Shown here: one piece after another, positions 49,456 to 60,621 of the stretch | Layout: each line of letters opens with the position of its first letter | Numbering within the stretch: the stretch's first letter is position 1 | Source of the DNA: Podarcis melisellensis | Taxonomy: Eukaryota | Direction: 5' to 3' (one strand) | Assembly (NCBI GenBank): GCA_964234715.1 | Contig: OZ174285.1 | Length of the DNA: 64,000 bases | Notes under the pieces: generated by a model | Told to the model about the DNA's origin: nothing | Database searches by the model: none | What the model saw: only the letters and a program-made list of their open reading frames with translations | Made by a program: the position numbers and the translations under genes

Positions 49456-49533
49456 CAGCCTTCCCCCAGCTGGATGGGGCTGATGGGAATGGTAGTCCAA
49501 AACATCTGGAAGGCGAATGTTTGGGGAAGGTGG
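49456..49533. mobile_element. Internally deleted hAT MITE
   Basis: cagccttcccc...gatgggaatggtagtccaaaacatctggaagg...ggggaagg. Confidence 0.65.
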
Positions 49534-50940
49534 ATACCTAATGAGGAGCTAAAATTCCTATATTAGTGGTCAATTGAACATGGCTGAGTTTAAGTTCTTT
49601 AATCAAAATCCCTGTTATGGTCTTTTTCTCGTAACTAGCCACCATCTTGAATTAATTTGAAATCAGTTGTGTAAACAAGTTTAAAACTAGCCCTTTTATA
49701 AGAAGTCAGCAGGCTTGCGTAGCTGTGGTCTGTCTTTCACTCTGTTTCTCTCTCAAACTTCTGTAAGCGGAAATTCAAAGCCACAGTAAATAAAAACAGT
49801 GCAATGCCCTGGAAAACATTAATTTTTAAAAGGAACATTGGATTAATAAATCAGAATACAGTTGCCGTCTTTACTCCATTTATTGTAAAACAACAACCCA
49901 CCTTCATTGACAGTGTTTTGAACTTCATTATATATAGAATATTATTCGTAAAAAAAGGTGACCTCAGTAATTGTAAAGACGTCTTTTAGTATCCTCCTAA
50001 CTAATGAATGAGCAAACCATACAACATTTGGTGCAAAGAAGAATTTGAATTATCCCCCTGCTATAGGGAATTTTGCTGCTATTGTCATTTTGATCTAGAA
50101 TTATTTTCCTATGTTACATTATAATAAGACATATAGGGGCCCTTTGTCAACATGTCACAGACTGGAGTGCTTCTGTTTGGGGTTTTAACCATTCCATCCC
50201 CTTATTCCGCCCCCCCCATTGCTTTTTCATCTTGCTCACCCCACTACATTGAGGCAGCATTCCATGACCAATAGTCTTTATTGGACTATTTGGTAGAAAC
50301 CCCTTTTTGGGGAGCGATGGGGGGCAGGTACCCAAACCCAGTTATGTAAAATTATTGGATTACTCCATTGATTTCTAAGTGCCACTACGCTCTGTAAGGC
50401 AGTTCTCACTTCCATCCAAATATTGAGAGGTTTCTCTGCCTTTTTTATATCAGTGTGTTTTATATCCCTCTGCCCCCATTTTCCAAGATGCTTCATTTCA
50501 TTCCCCCCTCCCACCTAATAACAACTTTGCTTTCTGTATCTGGTTTTCCATGGCATTATATGGTAATTTTATTGTTAAACGTCATTGTTTTGTTTGGGCA
50601 AAGTCTATTTTTGAATCCTGGACATTGACTGTAGTAAAATAGTTTGATGGGTACTAGGAACATCAATGGCCAGTGTGGCTGCACAGGCAGGGCTGCATGG
50701 CTCTCCCATCTTCCCAACACCATATACTGCCGCCACTTACCGAGAGGGTGAGGGGTCAGGCAATGGGAGCTTGATGTTGTGCAGGTGCGGTGGTGGAGCT
50801 GCTTTGACACTGAACCTGCAGTGCACCCATAGAGATCCAAGCTTCTTTGCCTTGCCTCCCCTTCTCTTTCAGCAGTCAACAGCAACACACAGCATTGGGA
50901 AGACAAGAGAGCAATGTGTCAACACCTGTGCAGCCACACC

Positions 50941-50994
50941 GGAAGGGACCGCAAGGGTGATCTAGTGCAACTTCCTGCAATGCAGGAATCTTTT
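50941..50994 (-). mobile_element. CR1-type 3' tail fragment (same tail as the 39752 SINE)
   Basis: ggaagggacc...atctagtgcaacttcctgcaatgcaggaatcttt is the reverse complement of aaagattcctgcattgcag...actagat...ggtcccttcc. Confidence 0.7.
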
Positions 50995-52254
50995 GTCAGC
51001 TTTTATGTATTCCATTCTTTTCTTTTCCCAAGACCCATTCCGTTTCCTTTCTTCTCCACTCATTCCTTTGGGAGTGTGAATGATGAGGCCAGTTACTGCT
51101 GTCACATACCCAAGTTGGGTTTGAGAATAAATGGCAAAGTAGACGCATTGTGGACTTAATTTGTAAATGTACTTAATTTGCATATACTGTATACTAAAGG
51201 CAGTTGCTCCTTCTTGGGAAATCGTTTTTGGGAAAGCAAGCTTCCTTACACACCTTCACAACTTTTTCAGATAGCAAAAATTCTCGCCGTGACCACTGTA
51301 TGGAACGCTTCATCTATGATCTAAGAGAAGTCTGGGGAAATGTTCATCTGCATCCTTTGCACATCCAAGCCCTCCTTTTTGATCTGAATACCAACTTTTA
51401 ATGAATCCAAATCTTAAACATAGCTGAAACCCTCCCGTTTTCTGTGGCTTAGTGTGAAAAGGGTTTAGATGAGTGAAAACGAATAATTCATGTGCTCATT
51501 AAAAAAAAAAATGTCTATCCCAACTAGAGATGGCCGAATCTGTCAATTTCAGCTGGAAAACGGCATTGCAAAATTCAGAGAGGTGTGAATTTAAAAGGAT
51601 GGCTGTGTTTTCGTTCATGTATTGTTTGGGGAAGGGCAAATCAGGTAGATTCACCTTTAAATGCAAACCGAATCTTAATTCCTCCCCCATCCCTAATTCC
51701 TGTTTACATAGAAATGGGGGGTGGAGGTATGTGGTTGAAAATGGCAGCCCATGTCAGACTCCCTCCCACTGTATCATGTAATTCAGTTTATTCCATGCCC
51801 CAGTGCTGTTGTTCTGAGGGTCAGCCTTTTAGCAGCTGACACTATGGAGCAGGAGCAAGGCAAGGCAACATTTAGCATAATGATGCCAGGACACGAAGTA
51901 AGTTGGACAACACATCATGGAGAGAGGGGAGGACAGAACTTGACGTGGGGGCTTCTGTTTTTAGCAGCAGCCCCCTTCTTTATTTTTGTACCATATAATT
52001 CCATCCTCAGAGAAAAACAGCAAAGGCAATGAAGAGTTTCCATCCATCGGTTTATTATTCTTAAACCCTCTCCTATCCTGTTGGCTCATGGCAACTTACA
52101 GCAATTTCATCAAACTCATATCTATCACAATAGGTTTTTGGTCACAAATGAATGAGATGGTATAGCAAAAGGAAAAGAAGATCAAGCGAGGATATGGTTA
52201 GGTTTCCCCCCCAAATGTTCAAAAAGGAGCCATGCTAAAGAGAAACCTGTGAGT

Positions 52255-52503
52255 ACAATGTAAGAAGCTATGGGGTCAAGCTGAACCAAAACACCAAAGA
52301 AGGAGGGAATTATGCTGAATATCAGGAAATACTCCCTAGATGTTAGTACAATGGAGCAGACTGCCCAAAGGCATTGTGGAATTTCCTTTTCTGGAAGTTT
52401 TTCATCATGTATTAGATGAGTATCACACATGGCTTTAAGTGTGGGGAATCTGTCTTTTGCAATGGTCTGGCGTAGACAACGCCTGAGTCCTAAGATTCTA
52501 AGT
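52255..52503 (+). mobile_element. Degraded CR1 LINE 3' end
   Basis: ctgaatatcaggaaa...agactgcccaaag...gtggaatttccttttctggaagttttt...gattcta. Confidence 0.55.
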
Positions 52504-53382
52504 GGTTAGATGCATTGATACATGGAATCCACATACTTCTAATAGACCAGCTGTGGTGTGTTTTGTTTTATCTACTTTACATAATATCCCAATTTAGCAT
52601 ATTGCCAGACTAAGGCACAAATGGTTTGGCCTCGAGCGCAATATTGTTAAATTTGCTGAAACTTTATTCCTAGCCTTCTTTCTATGCTGTGGTCAAAGGG
52701 TCGCATTCTGTGTTGCATTACCTTGCCGTTCAGGTCAAAATTAAATCCTTCAGCTCTCATTTAAACAAATGATTTGCATGTTTCCTATTTGCCTCTGCCT
52801 TGCTCAAGGCTTTTAATTGTAGGAGTGGCCTAAGAGGAAGTAGTGCTTGGCTGATGACACAAAAAGCTTTCCTTTTTCTCTTTTGAACTGATACCCTTTT
52901 AAACTTTTGATCCCGTTTATGAAGGACAGGATGCATTTCAAGGCCCAACTATTTAAAAAATCACCTCTTGACATAGAGACAAATTGTTTATAGGCAATGT
53001 ACCTCTCAGCCTTTTCTCGTGCTTTCTCCCAAAAGGACTGATTAGGATGTAATAATTGGGAATGATAGCGGGAGGAAGACAACAATTCCATTTAATTAAG
53101 ATAATTTATTTTAGTTTAACTCAGTGATGTCCCTCATGAATAAGAGCAGATTTAGCAGATAGATTTATTAATGGGTACTGACATCTCTTCTGACATAAAA
53201 AGCAAACATTCCCCCCCCCCTTGTAGTTTTATTGTGTCTTTGCACCTGAAGCTGCTGTCACCTATTTCCCTTCTGTTGTGTAGTTTACATGAATTGCTTG
53301 AGAAGATTGTAGGTGCTAACTTTGACTAACTTCCAGGAATCTAGTCAAGCAGCAGTAACCAATAGCCGCCTGACATTACGTT

Positions 53383-53815
53383 GGCTTGGTTTGCACATTG
53401 TGCTAAGCCAAACCTTGGTTTAATGCAGATGTCAAATGCGCAGGTTCCTGGAGTGATGAACCTGGCCACTTTGCTTTGTCTCCAGACCAAGAACAAACCT
53501 TGGTCGCAGTCTCTCCAGATCAGGCTTCCTCAAACTCGGCCTTCCAGATGTTTTGAGAATACAATTCCCATCATCCCTGACCACTGCTAACTAAGGATCA
53601 TGGGAGTTGTAGGCCAAAAACATCTGGAGGGCCGAGTTTGAGGAAGCCTGCTCCAGATTAACTATGAGCCCAGGTTCAGATGATATGCTAAGCCTAACCT
53701 TGGTTTAGCTCAGCACAGCTCAGCAACAAAAAGAATTAGGGAGGAGCAAAGTTTATATCTAGGAGCCCACATGTTTGCATTAAGCCATAGTTTAGTGTGA
53801 CATGTGAACCAGGCA
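53383..53815. mobile_element. Old palindromic AACCATGG-family MITE hosting a nested hAT MITE
   Basis: ggtttgcacattgtgctaagccaaaccttggttt ... aagccatagtttagtgtgacatgtgaaccaggc. Confidence 0.65.
53521..53650. mobile_element. hAT MITE with perfect 8-bp TSD
   Basis: TIRs caggcttcctcaaactcggccttccagatgttt / aaacatctggagggccgagtttgaggaagcctg. TSD ctccagat at 53513-53520 and 53651-53658. Confidence 0.94.
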
Positions 53816-56051
53816 CCTGTATTCCATGAATTACACGGAAAAACATACATTCCCTTTCTTCTTTTTGTGTGTTCTTCCATTGTTCACATAATGATGGGGA
53901 TGTAGTGTGCAGCCACAGCTAAATTCACACATTACGTTTCCTAGAACATTTTAGTGTGGGTTTCCTCAACCAGTTTCATCACATGGAGATTTCCCCCCCC
54001 CCCACCCACTTAGTCACCTAATGGCAACATCCGTAAAAGGCTAAACTCATTGACATGCTAACATTAATAAAATTCTTAGGCCAGAATGTAGCAGCAGGAC
54101 TTTTTTGTTATTATAATTATTTATTTGTATACCCCCCTTCATCAAAGAATCACAGCTTGATTTACAGTATAAAAACACAAAAATACATAACAAACAAAAC
54201 AATAACAGCCCCCCCACACACAGTTTAAAGGGCCACTGTGAGGACGCCATGCAACTCAGCCCATAGAGCATGTGCATGCAAAAATCATATTGGCATTAAA
54301 GTTGAAGAAACATTTCTATATAGGGCAGATACAATTAAAAGTCTACATAGGTACAATTAAATGTCTCAGCTGCCATATGGCACTTTGAAGCAATTCGCGT
54401 ATGTGAGACGGGCCTAGCAAAAGATACATTGATGTTTACTGTAATAAATGTGGAAATGTGCGTTATGATAGCTGTGCCATAGCATCCTGAAGAATTTAAT
54501 GATCTATCTAGGCTTGTTTAGTTCCATTGAAACTGATGGATTTAGTATGTCTACCTCTGAGTCAGATTTAGGCTAATAGTTGTTTGTTTTTTTGAAGACG
54601 AGAGAAGGCTGTTTTTACTGTGACCTAGTGTTAAGATACTTCCATATCTTAACCTTCCCTATGATTTTCCAGTTTCTCTGTTCTTGGATCAACATGTATA
54701 GTACCTCTGTATATCTCTCTTAGTTCCACCCACTATCCAATCGCCTGACAAATTCAATTTTAGTACGGTAAAATTACAATGCAAATAAAAATTTCAAATG
54801 AAGCATTTTGAAGAAGTGTTCAGTAATTTATCCTACACATTCAGATTGCAGGCTGGATTTTTCCTTTTGTTTTATTGAGTGCTTCTGTGGCGAAGGTACA
54901 TCTAGTATTTTATAGTTGGCACTCAATGCCATTATTTTAGTGATATTTCACACTATCTGAGCCAGATAAATGCAACTCCTTTGATTTTAGATGAGTGTTG
55001 CAGATGATATATCAGAGAGGGAAATCGTGAATGACAGTATTTGTAGTATGGAAAACAAGATTAGTAGGAATTTGCTGGGGGTGTTTCGCAGAAATTGGTA
55101 AAATCTAATTAATGAAGTGCATATTTCTTGAGAGTTGCTTGATCACGCTGTACTAGGTAGGTAATGACCATAGTGACTGGGGGAAAAAATCCTCAAATTA
55201 AGGTTCATTTCTTGCAGAGAAGTCATGGAAGAGAATTTGGGCAGATGTCTTATGCCTTCTCTGCATTCATGTGTATTTGTAAACAGAATGTTGAAATTGA
55301 AAACACAAAATGGTTCTCAGTAAATCTGGCTAGGAGAAATTCCATATAGCTGAGAGGAAATGAAAGGAAAACACATGAATTGCTTCTCTTTCTTTTCTCT
55401 CCCTCTACTGGGAGCCCTTTTTAAAAAATGCTTGGGGACATACTAGCTTAAATTAAATGTGATTTAGAATTTACATATGGCAGCCACCCCTGAATTTCTG
55501 CCAAATGGCACCTTTGTTCTTTTTGTCGTCACTTTTATTTCTGTCTTCCATCATTTCTCCTTTGCACTTTAAAATAATAATAATAATAAAAATCCCCCCA
55601 TGCAAAAGCTGGTGCTGAATTTCCAAGCCCCTCCCGACTTCTATTGAAATAATGGGATTGTGGAATTACCATCCCCTTTGAGTATCAACCCTTACTGTTG
55701 CTTGCATGTCTTCCCTTTGTTCCTTCATTTTCTGCACATCATTTTCACCTTACAATTCCTTCTCATGCTTGACCTACCTTATTCCTGCCACATCTTGTGT
55801 ACCTAACAGGGTGGTATCTTTACGAGAAACAGAATAACTCTTGAGAAACTGTTTATGTTTTACTGTTCCTTCGTAGGCCCTACTTATGCTCTGTCTTCCA
55901 TTTCTTCAATAACTTTCCTTCCACAATTCTTACAGGTTAAAGCCATATCTGAATCTACTTCTTTTTAAAAAATAATAATTCAGTAATCAATGCGATCTCC
56001 GCCCCATCCCTTGACTGTACTTTAGATGCCATTTGAGTATGTAAGTGGCTA

Positions 56052-56105
<54 letters not shown>

Positions 56106-56414
56106 ACCCCGCCCATCTGGCTGGGTCCCTCCAGCCACTCTGGGCAGCTTCCAACAAAACACTAAAATACAATAACCTATTAAACATTAAAAGCTTCCCT
56201 AAACAGGGCTGCCTTTAGATGTCTTCTAAAAGTTTGGTAGTTATTTTTCTCTTTGACATCTGGTGGGAGGGCGTACCACAGGGCGGGCGTCACTACCGAG
56301 AAGGCCCTCTGCCTGGTTCCCTGTAGCTTTGCTTCTCGCAGGAACTGCCAGAAGGCCCTTGGTGCTGGATCTCAGTGTCCGGGCAGAACGATGGAGGTGG
56401 AGACGCTCCTTCAG
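56052..56414 (-). mobile_element. 5'-truncated L2 LINE 3' end with (AAT)n tail
   Basis: (ATT)n at about 56053-56102, then ataccccgcccatctggctggg. Minus-strand peptide LKERLHLHRSARTLRSSTKGLLAVP resembles the L2 ORF2 C-terminus. Confidence 0.85.
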
Positions 56415-56721
56415 CATCGCCACCTCCATCGATAATACCTTTAAAGTGTGTGTGTGTGTGTGTTAACATCAGAGGTGCTCTATTTAAAGTTCCAGTCTTC
56501 GTCCTCTCCACTGAGACCCTAGACTTTAAATCTCTAAATGGGACACGGCTGTATCTTTCGTCTAGTGCACTGATGGGGAGCCCTCTGGGTGTTGTAAACT
56601 GCCCTGACGCATTCTATAAATAGCAGCGTATAAATATTTGTTATAAATAAATTCCAGAAAATTTGTTATATAGGAGGTGGAGCAAACATGTTCACTTCCG
56701 CTCCTAATGGCCGGAAATGGT

Positions 56722-56803
56722 GAGGAAGCAGATTTTGGCTAAACTTCCTAATGGTAAGAGCTGTTCCAGAGTGGAACAGGCTGCCTTAGGAGGTGGTGGA
56801 CTG
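56722..56803 (+). mobile_element. Short CR1 fragment
   Basis: ggaagcagatttt...aacttcctaatggtaagagctgttccagagtggaacaggctgcct...gaggtggtggact. Confidence 0.6.
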
Positions 56804-56919
56804 TTTGATGCTTTAAAAGCAGCATAATACTCTCCACCCAACACTGCTTTTAAAGATGAAACTACAATTGGATCAAAATATGATGAGGGCAAGCTCGACA
56901 GTTACATTACAGCTATTTT

Positions 56920-57287
56920 GTGCCTGTTATATTGGCTACCACTTTATGTCTGGACCCAGTTTGAAGTGCTGGTATTAACCATTAAAGCCCTAAACAATCT
57001 GGGATGGGGCTATTCAAAGGACTACCTGCGCCTGTATGAATGTATCCAAGACCACTGAGGTCCTGTTCTTTGTCCTGTCATTGGTGAAGGTGTCATTGGT
57101 AGGCACTAGAGACAGGGCCTTTTTAGTTGTTGCCCTACAGATGCTAGAATTCAGTTCCTCAGGAGCCCTGCCAAGACTGATTTCTACCAGTCTTTAGATG
57201 TGAGGTGAATTTGGTATGATTTTTTAATTCAGTTTACTTTGGCTTGGAGGATATGTATTCTGAAAGGTAGAATATCAATAAAATAAT
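56920..57287 (+). mobile_element. Degraded L2 3' region
   Basis: attggctacc...aagtgctggtattaaccattaaagccctaaacaatctggg (WLP...KVLVLTxKALNxLG motif)...gagacagggccttttt. Confidence 0.7.
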
Positions 57288-57406
57288 ATGCTATGGGGGT
57301 GGTCTCTCCCCCCCCCAACCAAATAAGTGCAGCACTATCTTTGCTTTTCAGTCACGCGACTAGATCCAGGTTGTGATAAAATCAGGACGTTCTTTCTTGA
57401 CTAAAC

Positions 57407-57527
57407 CAGACCTGATGAACCTGTTGCCCTCCAGATGTTCTTGGGTTCCAAATCTTTTTCATCACTGACCAACGGCTATGCTGACTGGAGCTGTTGGGAG
57501 GTAGAGACCATAGATTTCCAACCCCTG
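57407..57527. mobile_element. Degraded hAT MITE
   Basis: cctgttgccctccagatgtt ... ttccaacccctg. Degenerate TSD gactaaac / atctaaat. Confidence 0.6.
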
Positions 57528-58310
57528 ATCTAAATCCAGATGATAGTCCCTGTGATACCCCACATATCCCTTTGTCAAGATGCTGCGGGGAAGGTGACCA
57601 TGTTCTCAGTTACTGGTATTGTATAGGAAATGCAATAATTGTATTGATTAAACATTTAAGCCTTTTAAAGCTGGGTGTTTTTTAACAAAGGAAACTCAGT
57701 TTATAATATACCCGTTTTAGAAAACAGTGTTGGACAGGCAGATTTAATTAACACAGCGTATATCGGTCCAGCTGTCTGCAACGTGTAAGTGGTATGGAGT
57801 GTGGAATATGGTTTAGCACTATAGGAATGAGTTTCCTGAGCCTCAGGCTTACATGTCCCAACCTTCTGCCTCCTCCACTGGCAGGGCTGCAACAAGAATG
57901 GGAGCATCTGATTCCATTTTTAAATTAGCTCTTGTTCCCTGTTACATGTGAACTCGGGAATTGTAAACCATGGTTTCAAATAAGATGGTGTTCCCCAGAA
58001 TTTGAACAGATCGGGAATCTCTTCATAAGTGGAAGTGATCTCCCCCTAGCAGCTGTGCTGCTGCAGGTGGGGGGAGTGTGTGAGACTGAGGTTTGTTTCT
58101 GTGCAAAATTATGCTTTAACATCATGTCCAAAAGGCACCGGTGTTAGAAGAACACATAAACATCCTGTTTTCATCTGTGAACTATTAGAAGGTAGGCCAC
58201 TGCAAACTCAGGTGCTTTTTTGTGTGGCGAGCAGTTCAGTCTCACTTCTCACTATCATTCTGCCATTCAAATATTTTCCCCCACTCATGTTTGTAGTTCC
58301 ATTCTCTGTC

Positions 58311-58793
58311 TTCTTCTTGTTGTTGTTTAGTCGTGTCCAACTCTTCGTGACCCCGTGGACCAGAGCACGCCAGGCACACCTGTCTTCCACTGCCTCTCAC
58401 AGTTTGGTCAAACTCGTGCTGGTAGCTTCGAGAACACTGTCTAACCATTTCGTCCTCTGTTGTCCTCTTCTCCTTGTGCCCTCAATGTTTCCCAACATCA
58501 GGGTCTTTTCCAGGGAGTCTTCTTTTCTCATGAGGTGGCCAAAGTATTAGAGCCTCAGCTTCACGATCTGTCCTTCCAGTGAGCACTCAGGGCTGATTTC
58601 CTACAGAATGCATAGGTTTGATCTTCTTGCAGTCCATGGGACTCTCAAGAGTCTTCTCCAACACCATAATTCAAAACCATCAATTCTTCGGCGATCAGCC
58701 TTCTTTATGGTCCAGCTCTCACTTCCATACATCAATACTGGGAAAACCATAGCTTTAACTATACGGACCTTTGTTGGCAAGGTGATGTCTCTG
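58311..58793 (-). mobile_element. 5'-truncated Bov-B (RTE-clade) LINE 3' end
   Basis: Minus-strand translation RDITLPTKVRIVKAMVFPVLMYGSESWTIKKADRRRIDGFELWCWRRLLRVPWTARRSN...YFGHLMRKEDSLEKTLMLG...WRALVHGVTKSWTRL with internal stops; (CAA/GAA)n tail. Confidence 0.95.
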
Positions 58794-59320
58794 TAGTCTA
58801 GTGGTACACAGTGTTAGCCTTCAATTATGTTCCATCTTGGCGAAGAACCTACTCCTGGATCAAGAAGATAGCTATCTATCTTCTACTCTTACATGCTTCT
58901 TTACGTCTTTGTGATACACCTAAAAATCTTAAGCAAGCTGTTGTTAGGTGCTCGACAGCCATTTAGAAATTGTGGTATTAATGCAAATCCAGTTCTTTCT
59001 TTCATTATTTACTTTTTGACCTTGCTAATACTTCTGTCTTTTAAACATAATCTTCATTTGTCACGTCCTTTTCTCTCATCATGCAGCTTCCAGCTGAATA
59101 ACCCATGCAGGAAATTCCTTCTTCCAGTAACCATTGTTTCCCATTGCAATCGTTTTGTATTGCAGCATATGGAGAAACGTGCAGCCTCTGAGTTAAAAAA
59201 GAAGAGACTATGATAGCTGGGGGGGGGGGGGAGATAATGGTTGTTTGCTTTGTACAGGGTTTTGTACTAGTAGGAGTCTTGAAACCTGGTCTTGCAGAAA
59301 TAGTATTTTTTTCCAAACCT

Positions 59321-59497
59321 CCCTTGGGAGGTTGTGGACTGTCCTGCCTTGGAGGTTTTTAAAGAGGTTAGATGGCCCTCTGTCGTGGATGGTTTACCTG
59401 AGCTTCCTGCATTGCAGGGTGTTGGGACTAGATGACCCTTGCGGTCATTCCAACTCTACGATTCCAACTCTACATAGAACTCTATGATTCTATGATC
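59321..59497 (+). mobile_element. CR1 LINE 3' end
   Basis: ccttggaggtttttaa...ttcctgcattgcaggg...actagatgaccctt...ttccaactctac...tctatgattctatgat (CR1 octamer tail). Confidence 0.85.
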
Positions 59498-60577
59498 TGT
59501 TAACACCTATCACTTGGAGCCCTAAGTCAATCAAGGAGGTCACCCAAGTAATGTCTATAGGGCTAGCTAGCTAGCTCAAAATTGGCTGAGCTCTACATTT
59601 CCAGTGACTAGAGAGAGGGTAGGTATAGAGACAGAGGACCCAAGAGTTGGTTTATTAGGCTTCAACTAACTCCGGCTTTGGAGCTAACTGTGACCATGGC
59701 TGATCTCATCTGTACTTTGTTTCCTTGCAGATGTGTTAATTGAAATACTGTAGTACACACCATAAGATTCCAGAAATGTGAATAGGTGCTACCCAGGGCC
59801 TTCGGTGTGTGTTTGTGTTTTGTTATTGTTACTGTACTAGAATGAACGTTGCTGCATGGGGATGACATCATGTTGCATTTCTTTCTCTCTCTTTTAATTT
59901 AGTTGACCTTTTTTTAACATTGGGCGTTCACAAAATGTAGAATTTAGCTGCTCCATCTGGAAAATATTTTAAGTTTACTTGATCTGTGGAGTTAGGATAT
60001 AATATACAGTGGGATAAGGGGGGGAAATCAAGACTACTAATGGTTAGGGTATGTTTAGAATCAGGCTGTTGTTTGTATAGAAGTGATTGGTGATGGAATT
60101 CGAACAAATAGTGAGGAGCAGATGGGTGGTGTGGTCTGCGTCTCAACATTTCACCTCGGAACGAGCTGTGGTTTTAAAAAACTAGCATTTGAACGGCAAC
60201 TTTTGAATGTGCAGCAGTCTCCGCATATTTCTGCTTGATTGCATTGGTGTAAAAAATATGGGAGCACAGTGGCTTGTAGTGTTTCTCATCCAAACAAGGG
60301 GAAACAGAATTTTCACATATATTACGCCGGGGGTGGGGTGGGGAGACACTGCTCTTTCCGCCAAGCAAACTTCTTTGTTTTAAAAAACCAGTTCTCCAGC
60401 TGGCTTAGCCACCATGTTTGCTTGAAACAAGGACATCACTAAGGTTTTAGAATGAGCATTGCAACCATTCTCTTTGTAATGAATCCATTATGTTGTTGTT
60501 GTTTTTTTAAAGACTTCTTTTTTAAAAGTCTTTTACATTACAAATTTTGGGGGAATGGGAAGTGAGAAATAAATACC

Positions 60578-60621
<44 letters not shown>
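60578..60621. repeat. (TAT)n microsatellite
   Basis: Direct reading. Confidence 0.95.

Noticed and set aside
51530-51650. Possible orthologue of the TCF4-H coding 5' exon (donor CAG|gtagat)
   Set aside because: Only vague peptide resemblance; the ATG frame would splice in phase 1, incompatible with the phase-0 downstream exon.
58080-58550. 156-aa plus-strand ORF
   Set aside because: Largely antisense to the Bov-B fragment.
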